A stretch of 40,000 bases of DNA from Acinetobacter lwoffii (GCF_024129855.1 NZ_JAMXXC010000018.1:1-40000); one strand, 5' to 3'. Positions 26,776 to 35,889 are shown, numbered from the stretch's first letter. The notes: generated by a model not told the origin, from the letters alone. A program made the numbers and translations.

Positions 26776-27540
26776 ATGAGTTTAGTTGTACCTGCTGAAA
26801 AAGCCGATGCCGTACATACCGAAACGGACCGGGTCGAACGGATCCTGGTGGTTGATGATGATGTTCGTCTGCGTACCTTATTACAGCGTTTTCTCGAAGA
26901 TAAAGGCTTTGTGGTCAAAACTGCACATGACGCCACGCAGATGGATCGACTTTTACAGCGGGAACTGTTTTCTCTGATCGTGCTCGACTTTATGCTTCCG
27001 GTCGAAGATGGCTTGAGTATCTGTCGTCGTTTACGCCAATCCAATATCGATACGCCTATCATTATGCTCACCGCTCGTGGTAGCGACTCGGATCGTATTG
27101 CCGGTTTAGAAGCAGGTGCCGACGATTACTTGCCTAAACCGTTTAACCCGAATGAACTCTTGGCACGTATTCGTGCGGTATTACGTCGTCAGGTACGTGA
27201 AGTGCCGGGTGCACCAAGCCAGCAGATGGAAGTAGTTTCTTTTGGTCCCTGGTCACTGGATTTGTCTACCCGCACCCTGACCCGTGAAGGCCAAGTGGTA
27301 ACACTCACTACCGGTGAGTTTGCGGTACTGAAAGCACTGGTGCAGCATCCACGCGAACCATTAACCCGCGACAAGCTGATGAATCTGGCGCGTGGCCGTG
27401 AATGGGGTGCCATGGAACGTTCAATTGATGTCCAGGTGTCACGCTTACGCCGTTTAGTGGAAGAAAACCCAGCGCGTGCACGTTATATCCAGACCGTATG
27501 GGGTGTGGGTTATGTCTTTGTTCCAGATGGTGCTGAATAA
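26776..27540 (+). CDS. ompR: Two-component response regulator OmpR
   Basis: 254 aa with a receiver domain (RILVVDDDVRLR...LDFMLP) and a winged-helix C-terminus (IQTVWGVGYVFVP). AAGGAG lies upstream of the ATG. Confidence 0.9.
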   Translation: MSLVVPAEKADAVHTETDRVERILVVDDDVRLRTLLQRFLEDKGFVVKTAHDATQMDRLLQRELFSLIVLDFMLPVEDGLSICRRLRQSNIDTPIIMLTARGSDSDRIAGLEAGADDYLPKPFNPNELLARIRAVLRRQVREVPGAPSQQMEVVSFGPWSLDLSTRTLTREGQVVTLTTGEFAVLKALVQHPREPLTRDKLMNLARGREWGAMERSIDVQVSRLRRLVEENPARARYIQTVWGVGYVFVPDGAE

Positions 27541-27800
27541 AGGAAAAATTATAGGATAAAGATTACCCCAGTCTATTGTCCCTAAAAGTCATTCGCTGCT
27601 GTTTGAGCCTCCCTTCTTTAAAGGCTCGTATACAAATGCGCGAGTTCAGCGAATGGCAAAGTTTTTACTTGCGTAACAGTGTTACTCATTTTTTCAAAAA
27701 AAGTAACACAACAAGCTCCTTCCATCGAAGGTTCAAGCAGTAAGATTCCATTACAAATATTATTACTGCTCAATTTGGAAAATGCCTACAGGGAGCTGGT

Positions 27801-29261
27801 GTGAAACTCGACCCCATCGATCCACAAAAATTTACCGATTTTGTCAGCTACTCGGAAAAGAAACGTACCCGCTGGGAACGCTTTCTCGACAAGATCAAAC
27901 CGCGTTCTGCTGCCATGCGTACCACGGTACTGGTGGTTTTCGTGGTCTGTTTCAGCCTGTTCATGTCCTTATGGTTCTTTTGGCGTACCCTGTTTTTACC
28001 TGAAATCCAGCAACATGCGCGTTATCTGGCCATGGAACTGGAAATTCTCAACAATCCCGATCTGCGCCTGTATCACAAACAGCAAGAAGTGGATATCGAT
28101 GACTGGCTGAAAAACCGGGTCGGCATTGAATACGTGACTAATCCAGCAGAATATCCCACTGTCCGTGAAAAGCTGATTGCAGAATTTTTTACCCGGCAGA
28201 TCGAAACCAAACTGGCCAAAGAGTTACGTATCGAACAAGCCACAGTCTATTTCCAGTTTAAGCCGAGTCCACGTATCTGGATCCAGACCCCTGAAATGAA
28301 TGGCCACTGGGTACAGGAACCTTTAAAGACTTATGCCAATTATAGCAATGAACTGATTTTGGGCTGGTTGCTTGGCACGCCGATTATTGTCGGCATCATT
28401 ATTTTGACCTTGGTGCGTCAGCTCAACCGTCCTTTACGCCGTTTGCAGAATGCCGCCAACAGTTATAGCCGAATCGGCTCAGCACCCTATCTAGATACCA
28501 ATCATGGTCCACTGGAAATCCGTCAGGTCAATCATGCCTTTAATCAGATGATTTATACGCTGGACCAGACCGAGCGGGAACGCCGAATCATGCTGGCCGG
28601 CATTTCACATGACTTGCGCACGCCCTTAACCCGAATCCGCCTCAGTGCCGAAATGATGCCAGATGAAGACTTTCTCAAAGAAGGCCTGATTTATGATGTC
28701 GAAGATATGGACGCGATTCTGGATCAGTTCATTTCCTATATGCGCGACGGTTCCGATGAAGAACCGCAGGACACCAATGTCAATGTACTGCTACAGGAAC
28801 TGGTCAAGCAGTTTAAACCGCTAGATATCCGTTTCACCCCACAAGATATACCGACCATTCAGGCACGTAGCATGTCGCTAAAAAGACTGATTGGCAATCT
28901 GATCAACAACTCAAAACGCTATGGTTCAGAACCAATTGAGCTTTCTGCGCATGTTGAAGAAGATCAACTGTTGATTTGTGTCGCAGACCATGGCGAAGGC
29001 ATTCCGGAAGATCAGATTGAAGCCTTGATGCAGCCTTTTGTTCGGGGCAATTCGGCACGAACAGTACAAGGCAGTGGCTTAGGGCTGGCCATTGTTAAAC
29101 GGATTGTCGATATTCACCATGGTCAATTACGTATCCATAATAGTCCTGAAGGTGGGCTGGAAGCTATCATTTCACTACCCGTGAATCAGGCGAACCCAGA
29201 GACACTTCCCCCAGCCACTACACTCGATAAAATTCGCCAAACTTTGACTGATCACTTTTAA
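27801..29261 (+). CDS. envZ: Osmosensor histidine kinase EnvZ
   Basis: The H-box is ISHDLRTPLTRIRL, with N/G boxes NLINNSKRYG, DHGEGIP and GSGLGLAIV and two TM segments. The start is uncertain: GTG 27801 (GGGAG only 3 nt upstream) or ATG 27915 (MRTTVLVV...). Confidence 0.85.
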   Translation: MKLDPIDPQKFTDFVSYSEKKRTRWERFLDKIKPRSAAMRTTVLVVFVVCFSLFMSLWFFWRTLFLPEIQQHARYLAMELEILNNPDLRLYHKQQEVDIDDWLKNRVGIEYVTNPAEYPTVREKLIAEFFTRQIETKLAKELRIEQATVYFQFKPSPRIWIQTPEMNGHWVQEPLKTYANYSNELILGWLLGTPIIVGIIILTLVRQLNRPLRRLQNAANSYSRIGSAPYLDTNHGPLEIRQVNHAFNQMIYTLDQTERERRIMLAGISHDLRTPLTRIRLSAEMMPDEDFLKEGLIYDVEDMDAILDQFISYMRDGSDEEPQDTNVNVLLQELVKQFKPLDIRFTPQDIPTIQARSMSLKRLIGNLINNSKRYGSEPIELSAHVEEDQLLICVADHGEGIPEDQIEALMQPFVRGNSARTVQGSGLGLAIVKRIVDIHHGQLRIHNSPEGGLEAIISLPVNQANPETLPPATTLDKIRQTLTDHF

Positions 29262-29466
29262 TAAGTGATCATTAATTCAACAAATGACTTTTTAGTTTTT
29301 CTATACAATTCATTTTATAGTTCACGAATTCAATCATTTAAAAATCATCATTTTTTATTATACCTACATTTAGCTAAAAAATTAGACCTTAGCCTAACAC
29401 CTATGCACAATACATTTTTTGAGCGGTACAATCCGTATCATAGTTTAAGAATTAATGAGAGTTAAA

Positions 29467-30984
29467 ATGTCTTTAGATCGTATCCGTTTAGCCTCCCTAC
29501 ACAACAAAGTCATCAGCCCTGAACAAGCGGCTGAATTCATCCAAGATGGCATGACTGTGGGTATGAGTGGCTTTACTCGCGCTGGTGAAGCGAAGGCGGT
29601 TCCTTTAGCTTTGGTTCAACAGGCAAAAGCAAATCCATTAAAGATCACGTTAATTACTGGTGCATCACTAGGGAACGATCTAGACAAACAACTGACTGAA
29701 GCTGGTGTATTGGCACGTCGTTTACCGTTCCAGGTAGACAATACTTTACGTAAAGCGATCAACAACGGCGAAGTGATGTTCATTGACCAGCACTTGTCTG
29801 AAACTGTTGAGCAAATGCGTAACCTGCAGTTGAAAAAACCAGACGTTGCGATCATCGAAGCTGTAGCGATTACTGAAGATGGCGGCATCATTCCAACAAC
29901 ATCTGTTGGTAACTCTGCAAGCTTTGCGATTTTTGCTGAAAAAGTGATTGTAGAAATCAATACCAACTTAAGCCCGGCATTTGAAGGCTTGCACGATATC
30001 TACATCCCGACCTATCGTCCAACGCGTCAACCGATTCCATTGACTCAAGTTGATGAGCGTATCGGCACGCATGCGATCAATATCGATCCATCTAAAATTG
30101 TTGGCATTGTATTTAACAGCGAATTGCACGACTCTCCATCTACTGTAACCGCACCAGATGATGAGACTCAAAGCATTGCCAACCATTTGATCGCTTTCTT
30201 TGAAAAAGAAGTAGCTGAAGACCGTCTACCGAAAAACCTCGGACCTCTTCAAGCAGGGATCGGTTCAATTGCAAATGCGGTATTGACGGGTTTGAAAGAT
30301 TCAAACTTCGAAGACTTGATCATGTACTCAGAAGTTCTGCAAGACTGTACTTTTGAATTGATCGATGCCGGTAAAATGAAGTTTGCTTCAGGTTCTTCAA
30401 TTACCCTTTCTGCTAAGTACGGCGAGAAAGTATTTAACAACCTTGAGCAATACAAAGACAAACTGGTATTACGTCCACAGGAAATTTCAAACCATCCTGA
30501 ACTGGTACGCCGTTTAGGTATTATCGGCATCAACACTGCACTTGAGTTTGATATTTACGGTAACGTGAACTCAACTCATGTATGTGGTACCAAAATGATG
30601 AATGGTATTGGTGGTTCAGGTGACTTCGCACGTAATGCCCACTTAGCGATCTTCGTAACCAAATCAATCGCGAAAGGTGGCGACATCTCTTCTGTAGTGC
30701 CGTTTGCTTCACATATCGACCATGCAGAACATGATGTTGATATCCTGGTAACTGAACAAGGTCTTGCGGATCTTCGTGGTTTGGCACCGCGTGAGCGTGC
30801 ACGTGCAGTGATTGATAACTGTGCGCACCCAATGTACCGCGATGCGTTGAATGATTACTTTGACCGTGCATGTGCAAAAGGGGGCCATACGCCTCATCTT
30901 CTTCGTGAGGCGCTTTCTTGGCACTCAAACTTCGAAGAAAATGGTCACATGCTTGCTGTTGAAGCTGCAGTAAAAACTGCATAA
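29467..30984 (+). CDS. Acetyl-CoA hydrolase/transferase family protein (succinyl-CoA:acetate CoA-transferase type)
   Basis: About 505 aa. It has GMSGFTRAGEAKAVP, the SEVLQD catalytic-Glu context and MNGIGGSGDFARNA, which are typical of AarC/Cat1-type CoA-transferases. The ATG at 29467 follows GAGAG. Confidence 0.85.
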   Translation: MSLDRIRLASLHNKVISPEQAAEFIQDGMTVGMSGFTRAGEAKAVPLALVQQAKANPLKITLITGASLGNDLDKQLTEAGVLARRLPFQVDNTLRKAINNGEVMFIDQHLSETVEQMRNLQLKKPDVAIIEAVAITEDGGIIPTTSVGNSASFAIFAEKVIVEINTNLSPAFEGLHDIYIPTYRPTRQPIPLTQVDERIGTHAINIDPSKIVGIVFNSELHDSPSTVTAPDDETQSIANHLIAFFEKEVAEDRLPKNLGPLQAGIGSIANAVLTGLKDSNFEDLIMYSEVLQDCTFELIDAGKMKFASGSSITLSAKYGEKVFNNLEQYKDKLVLRPQEISNHPELVRRLGIIGINTALEFDIYGNVNSTHVCGTKMMNGIGGSGDFARNAHLAIFVTKSIAKGGDISSVVPFASHIDHAEHDVDILVTEQGLADLRGLAPRERARAVIDNCAHPMYRDALNDYFDRACAKGGHTPHLLREALSWHSNFEENGHMLAVEAAVKTA

Positions 30985-30995
30985 TCGACTGCATT

Positions 30996-31024
30996 CAAAA
31001 AACGCCCTACGGGGCGTTTTTTTA
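30996..31024 (+). terminator. Terminator of the CoA-transferase gene
   Basis: AACGCCC (31001-07) pairs with GGGCGTT (31012-18) around a 4-nt loop, followed by a T-run to 31023. Confidence 0.75.
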
Positions 31025-31216
31025 TGGCATTTTTATATTTTTTTTGAATAGTCAGAACCTGATTATATTAAGAAAGCCACCTGGCTATCGCCTGCTCTTT
31101 CTTCTTTTATTTATCCTGCCGATCTGCTGTAGAAATACACTTCTGATGCTCAGGGGCTTTAAATTCTGATTCTTCACCCTCATACTTGAACACAAGAGCA
31201 AAATTAGAGACATGAC

Positions 31217-31909
31217 ATGCGCGTAGATATCTGGTCAGATGTGGTTTGCCCCTTCTGCTATATTGGTAAAAAACGTTTAGAAGCTGCGGCAGAAGAAGCA
31301 GGTATTGAGCTTGAAGTGCATTGGCACAGTTTCCAGCTCGATCCTGAAGCACCGGTACGTCAGGAAATTTCTAACTCTGAGCGTCTGGCGCAAAAATATG
31401 GCCGTACTGTGGCTGAAGTCGAAGAAATGCAGCGCAATATTGCTGAAATGGCCAAAGCCGAAGGTATCGAATTTAACTGGGAAGGTGCCAATTCAGGCAA
31501 TACCTTTAATGCGCATCGCCTGATTCACCTGGCGCAAAGCAAGGGTCTGGGCAATGAAGCACAGGAAGCATTCTTCTATAGTTATATGACCCAAGGTCTG
31601 GCGATTGGAGAACGTGAAACGCTGGAAGATGTCGCAGCGCGTATCGGCCTCAATCCGGTCGAAGTCGATGATCTGTTGGATTCGGAGGAATATGCTGATT
31701 TCGTCAAATTCGATCAGGAAGTGGCACACGAACAACTCAAAGTGACTGGTGTGCCTTTCTTTGTTTTTGATCAACGTGTGGCATTGGCAGGCGCGCAGCC
31801 TAAAGAAGTTTTCCTGCAAGTATTTGAAAAAGCGCTCGATACATCAACCAACAGTCAGGCAGCACAGTGCTCAACAGAAACGTGTGACACGCCAGACCAA
31901 GCTAAATAA
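31217..31909 (+). CDS. DsbA/FrnE-like thiol:disulfide oxidoreductase
   Basis: 230 aa. The N-terminus MRVDIWSDVVCPFCYIGKKRLE carries a CPFC active site, and GVPFFVF lies near the C-terminus. Confidence 0.8.
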   Translation: MRVDIWSDVVCPFCYIGKKRLEAAAEEAGIELEVHWHSFQLDPEAPVRQEISNSERLAQKYGRTVAEVEEMQRNIAEMAKAEGIEFNWEGANSGNTFNAHRLIHLAQSKGLGNEAQEAFFYSYMTQGLAIGERETLEDVAARIGLNPVEVDDLLDSEEYADFVKFDQEVAHEQLKVTGVPFFVFDQRVALAGAQPKEVFLQVFEKALDTSTNSQAAQCSTETCDTPDQAK

Positions 31910-31922
31910 AACAACGTTCAAT

Positions 31923-31953
31923 AAAAAAAACCCCATTTTAAATGGGGTTTTTT
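31923..31953. terminator. Bidirectional terminator between the dsbA-like gene (+) and dodecin (-)
   Basis: The sequence is A8-CCCCAT-TTTAA-ATGGGG-T6 (31923-31953). Confidence 0.75.
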
Positions 31954-31976
31954 ATTTGTTATTGAATGGTATTCGC

Positions 31977-32177
31977 TTAATCAACCAGAAAACTAATTTT
32001 TAAATTGACACGATATTCCGTGATTTTATTTTCTTTAATGACAACCTTCTGTTCATTGATCCAAGCACCTTGTACATTTTTGACCGTTTCTGTGACTTTT
32101 TGAATCCCCGTTTGAATCGCATCTTCAAAGCTTTTATTGCTGCTTGAATTGACTTCTACCACTTTTGCAATTGCCAT
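31977..32177 (-). CDS. Dodecin family flavin-binding protein
   Basis: 66 aa from the ATG at 32177 (GAGAG upstream): MAIAKVVEVNSSSNKSFEDAIQTGIQKVTETVKNVQGAWINEQKVVIKENKITEYRVNLKISF. The first 49 codons of the track ORF are probably not translated. Confidence 0.75.
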   Translation of the reverse strand: MAIAKVVEVNSSSNKSFEDAIQTGIQKVTETVKNVQGAWINEQKVVIKENKITEYRVNLKISFLVD

Positions 32178-32547
32178 AATAAAACTCTCAGCATGAAAAT
32201 GAATGGAATTCCATCTTAGTCCATTCTCAGAAGATTGCAGCAGCCCGTAAACAAGCGATAGCAAAAACTTACATGGATTGAACAAAGCTCGAAATTCAAT
32301 CTTAAATTGGCAGATCAAAAACACATCGCCGCTTGTTTTGGCACTTGATCAAGTCCAGATTCTCATCACTAAAGTAAAGCATAAAGTCCTGTAAAATCAT
32401 AAAAATCCAACTAGAGAAAATATACTAATTTATTGTTTTATAGAGTAATTTATTTAAAATTTACTGCCTGAATTTGCCAAATCTATCATTTTCTATTAAG
32501 TCTTATTTGCTATTATTTCACCCGAATTAAGTTTAAATATTCTCCTC

Positions 32548-32565
32548 TGTTCAAATTATTGAACA
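32548..32565. promoter_or_regulatory. Inverted repeat TGTTCAA-ATTA-TTGAACA (candidate operator)
   Basis: 7-bp perfect arms with a 4-bp spacer, lying 22 nt upstream of the small-ORF ATG at 32588. Confidence 0.3.
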
Positions 32566-32587
32566 CTCTGATATTAAAAGTCATCCT

Positions 32588-32755
32588 ATGAATGCTCTTA
32601 AATTTGCTTTCGCAGCAACCGTTATGGCTTTTTCTGTTCAAGCGTCTGCACAAATGGCGCAAGTGGTTCATCTGCCAGACTTTCCAGCGACTAAAGCACC
32701 TGCTGAAACAGTAAATGCAGATGCTGCGACTGTAGTAACTGAAAAAACAGCTTAA
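32588..32755 (+). CDS. Small secreted protein (55 aa; below the ORF-track cut-off)
   Basis: Hand translation gives MNALKFAFAATVMAFSVQASA|QMAQVVHLPDFPATKAPAETVNADAATVVTEKTA*. The signal peptide is classical, with an A-x-A site. A strong + strand terminator follows at 32778-32807, but the SD is weak. Confidence 0.5.
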   Translation: MNALKFAFAATVMAFSVQASAQMAQVVHLPDFPATKAPAETVNADAATVVTEKTA

Positions 32756-32777
32756 TGCAAAGCTGTTTTTCATTAAA

Positions 32778-32807
32778 ACAGGCTGATTGATTCAGCCTGT
32801 TCTTTTT
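32778..32807 (+). terminator. Terminator after the small secreted-protein ORF
   Basis: ACAGGCTGA (32778-86) pairs with TCAGCCTGT (32792-800), followed by TCTTTTT. Confidence 0.75.
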
Positions 32808-33008
32808 GATCATATTGAACACATTCAGTGTGAAAGATGCACGACTCTAAAAAATATCGACTATTTCCCGCTCTAGTTTTTTCTATTGATTTTTATCACT
32901 TTTAATTAAAAAATTTGTTTATAAAACACTCAAAATAGATCACTATTTTATGTGATCTCTGCTTATAATTGCAGCAATATAAATAGATTAATGATAAGAA
33001 AATTTTTT

Positions 33009-33188
33009 ATGCATGAACTTCAGGCATTGGTACAGGGCAAAATTCCGCCTCAGTCAGTTTCTATTGATTATTTAATTGAAATGGCAGAAAGCTATACAGA
33101 CTCGAATTCTGCTGAATACAGACTGGTCGAGCTGGCGGTTAACATTTTACTGGCACAAACCCTGGATAAAGCACTGAAACATCTCTAG
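33009..33188 (+). CDS. Small helical hypothetical protein (59 aa)
   Basis: MHELQALVQGKIPPQSVSIDYLIEMAESYTDSNSAEYRLVELAVNILLAQTLDKALKHL. Its stop lies 11 nt before the next gene, which suggests an operon. The start is ambiguous (32952, 32991 or 33009). Confidence 0.4.
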   Translation: MHELQALVQGKIPPQSVSIDYLIEMAESYTDSNSAEYRLVELAVNILLAQTLDKALKHL

Positions 33189-33199
33189 AGATCAAAAAA

Positions 33200-34600
33200 A
33201 TGAATGCTTTAGAAAAAGCACACTTAATTAAAGAACTACATGGACTGGCGCAGCAACTGGAGCATAAAGTCCTGCCTTTCTATGAAATTGCCCGTTCTAA
33301 AAAAAGGATACGCGATATTTTTAATCTGTGTGATGAGCCTATTTTCAAAACCCAGATTTCAGCATTTAAAGCCCGCACTCAGCCTGAACTTGTTGCTTAC
33401 CAATTTTCTGCTGACACGTCTTATCATCTGAGCTTTCGTGGCTATTTCACCGAAATCTTGGCGCTGGAACAAGCATTGTCTGCCCATCCGGATTCAGGCT
33501 GGGCAGTTTTACATCATCCTGAACGTGGCTGGCAAATCTGGCTGATGCCCGCTCCCCAAGCTCCTGCCCTGCACAGCCAATGGGCTGAATTGCAACACTG
33601 CTATATCTGGCTGTTGCAACAACAGCAACGATTTTCTTGCCTGAAACAGGATCCACCCTTGATCGTTCCAGCCTTATCCTTACACGAAGCTGAAACCAGC
33701 TGCAATTCTATGGAAACAACCAAATATCATCGGGGACGGCCGCGCGCAAGAATTCATGCACTAGAATTAAATCGCTTAGATGAGTCAACCAATCAAATAC
33801 TAACTGAACCCAAGGAACTAAATCCTCCACTAAAAGCTGAAACGACAATTCAGCAAGAACAGATCACAGTCTCCGAATTGATTCAATTCCCTGTACAGAT
33901 CCAACTGGGCAAACTAAACGCTCATGTACACCCTTTAGGTTTAGAAGAAACTAATATCCAGCGGCTCTGTGCTTTAGAACTAGAATCCGATGTCGAACAA
34001 CACCCTGTTTATCTGGATATTGTCTTATATTATGCGGCAGAAGATAACTGGCAGGCACGTCAGGTTTATTTGGTTGAGCAATTGAATCTGCAAGGTCAGT
34101 TTGTTAAATATCTGATGCTCTTAGGGGTACCGAGTCAGTTGCAGGCTCACTATTGTATTCAACATTGGCTGACCCATCATCAACATCAGGCTGCTGCGAT
34201 TAAATCACTGGCGTGGTCTGTTATAAGCACCAGGTTCATGCAACTCGAGTTTTTTTCAACGGCTTACTTGCAGCAGGCTGAAACAGTCTGGACACAGCCA
34301 GATTACCATCCATTTATACCCGCACAGTCCATTCAAAAGCAGAAATTTATCTCGTTTAAAGAAGCTGCTGCGGATTTTTCTACCCCAGTGCTTTTGCTAC
34401 AGGAACATCAAAAAATCCGAGTGATTCATGGTGAAAAACGCATCTCTCTCGCAGAGGATGAGCTGGCCTATCCATACATCTTGCTGCAACGCGACAAACA
34501 GCTAAATTGGCAGAATATTCACAATATTATTTTAACAATGCCACAACCCATTCGGGTATTAGAGCTTTATCGGGAAATTCAGGCTCAAATGATTGAATAA
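33200..34600 (+). CDS. Hypothetical protein, 466 aa, Q/H-rich, with an AT-hook-like RGRP motif
   Basis: A long clean ORF with genome-typical GC (48% on line 33241-33300). I recognise no family. KYHRGRPRARIH sits at residues 175-186. Confidence 0.55.
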   Translation: MNALEKAHLIKELHGLAQQLEHKVLPFYEIARSKKRIRDIFNLCDEPIFKTQISAFKARTQPELVAYQFSADTSYHLSFRGYFTEILALEQALSAHPDSGWAVLHHPERGWQIWLMPAPQAPALHSQWAELQHCYIWLLQQQQRFSCLKQDPPLIVPALSLHEAETSCNSMETTKYHRGRPRARIHALELNRLDESTNQILTEPKELNPPLKAETTIQQEQITVSELIQFPVQIQLGKLNAHVHPLGLEETNIQRLCALELESDVEQHPVYLDIVLYYAAEDNWQARQVYLVEQLNLQGQFVKYLMLLGVPSQLQAHYCIQHWLTHHQHQAAAIKSLAWSVISTRFMQLEFFSTAYLQQAETVWTQPDYHPFIPAQSIQKQKFISFKEAAADFSTPVLLLQEHQKIRVIHGEKRISLAEDELAYPYILLQRDKQLNWQNIHNIILTMPQPIRVLELYREIQAQMIE

Positions 34601-34692
34601 TTGCTGTTATTTTGTAGCTTTAACTTGCTTTTTAAGGCCGTTTTTTAGAAAACTACAGCTGAATATAAGAATACAAGAGCAACAAATATCTC

Positions 34693-35802
34693 ATGCAAAT
34701 AAACAGGATTACTCAAATTTTACTGCTCTCTCTGGGCTTAGGAATGAGTGGTAGCATGTCTTGGGCAAATTCAGTCACAGCTGCTCCTGCCAGTCCAACA
34801 AATACAGAGCCAAGCCGATCAGGCTTGCTGGATCAGATTCCACGTTTGATCGATGCAACACCCACCGTTTTGCCGGAGCAATCAAGTGTCGCCATCGTTC
34901 CATCCACGCTAGAGACAGAAAATTATTCATGGGCGGATCAAAAGCAGAAAGGCCTCCGCGAATGGGCCGATCGTACTGCGCATAAAATTGATAACTGGTT
35001 TGGTGAAACCGATCCAGATCAGCCAGCTGCAGCCACATTACGGATCATTTTAGATAATCGCTGGGATGAATATGAAGGCTATGAGATTAAACCCCGAATC
35101 CGCGGCAAGATCAAACTTCCAACCTTGGAACAAAAGCTGAGTGTGGTTTTTGGTGATGACAGTCTGGACAATGAATTAGACAGCAATGTCGCGATTACCA
35201 ATGAAAATCCTGCCACTTCCGGAGATAAACGTCTGGATACTAAACGTGCACGTGAAGATAACAGCTCTTTTGCCTTACGTTGGTCTGAATGGTCAGATCG
35301 TATTCCTTTCGAAACCGATCTGGATCTGGGCTTACGTTCTGGCGATGATATTTATCTGCGTGTCAAAGCCAGTAAGGACTGGACACTAGAAAATGACTAC
35401 TCTTTTCATGCCGAACAGATTTATCGCTATGGCATTCAAAGTGAAAACTATTTACGGACCAACTTGGAACTAATCCACGCCCGTCCCAATCAGGCCTTTT
35501 TCTCCAATCAGCTCAGTCTGACTTATGCAGATGATCAAGACGACGATCTGACCTGGGACAACTACACCTTTAGGCAACATCAGTTTTTTCAGGACAACCG
35601 TTTTAGTTACGGCATTTATACCGGTGGTTATCTGAACGATAAGGATCTGCGTCTTAATCGCTGGGGCCCCTATGTGTCGTGGAGACAACCTTTTTTACGT
35701 GAATGGTTTTTTGTCCAGACCGACCTGAACTATTTGAATGATCATCGCGAAGATCGTGATCACTATGTCGGAGCTTTGGTGCGTTTAGAAGCGTTATTTT
35801 AA
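34693..35802 (+). CDS. Putative outer-membrane beta-barrel protein (hypothetical)
   Basis: The signal peptide is MQINRITQILLLSLGLGMSGSMSWA. An S/P/T-rich linker follows, and the C-terminal half has alternating amphipathic strands. The C-terminus ...LVRLEALF ends in an aromatic residue, which is an OMP-like signature. Confidence 0.45.
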   Translation: MQINRITQILLLSLGLGMSGSMSWANSVTAAPASPTNTEPSRSGLLDQIPRLIDATPTVLPEQSSVAIVPSTLETENYSWADQKQKGLREWADRTAHKIDNWFGETDPDQPAAATLRIILDNRWDEYEGYEIKPRIRGKIKLPTLEQKLSVVFGDDSLDNELDSNVAITNENPATSGDKRLDTKRAREDNSSFALRWSEWSDRIPFETDLDLGLRSGDDIYLRVKASKDWTLENDYSFHAEQIYRYGIQSENYLRTNLELIHARPNQAFFSNQLSLTYADDQDDDLTWDNYTFRQHQFFQDNRFSYGIYTGGYLNDKDLRLNRWGPYVSWRQPFLREWFFVQTDLNYLNDHREDRDHYVGALVRLEALF

Positions 35803-35825
35803 ACTGACTGATACGAGAAAATAAT

Positions 35826-35852
35826 AAAAGCCCATCATTCATGGGCTTTTTT
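35826..35852. terminator. Bidirectional terminator
   Basis: AGCCCAT (35829-35) pairs with ATGGGCT (35841-47), with an A-run before and a T-run after. It lies between convergent genes. Confidence 0.7.
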
Positions 35853-35889
35853 CAATATTACTGAGGCAATCAGCGTGGCAAGTATTAGC

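Noticed and set aside
27645-27752. 35-aa ORF (MREFSEWQSFYLRNSVTHFFKKSNTTSSFHRRFKQ) in the ompR-envZ spacer
   Set aside because: It has no SD and runs through the inverted repeats. It is more likely a by-product of the structured non-coding sequence.
29265-29465. 66-aa + strand ORF between envZ and the CoA-transferase gene
   Set aside because: The stretch is very AT-rich and looks like a promoter region. The product is Phe/Asn/Leu-rich as expected from random AT-rich translation, and it has no SD.
31107-31352. 81-aa minus-strand ORF overlapping the dsbA-like start
   Set aside because: It overlaps the strongly supported CPFC-containing N-terminus on the opposite strand and has no supporting signals.
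32513-32773. 86-aa minus-strand ORF
   Set aside because: The product is Cys/Arg/Ser-rich and implausible. It is antisense to a plus-strand 55-aa ORF that has a signal peptide and a matching + strand terminator.
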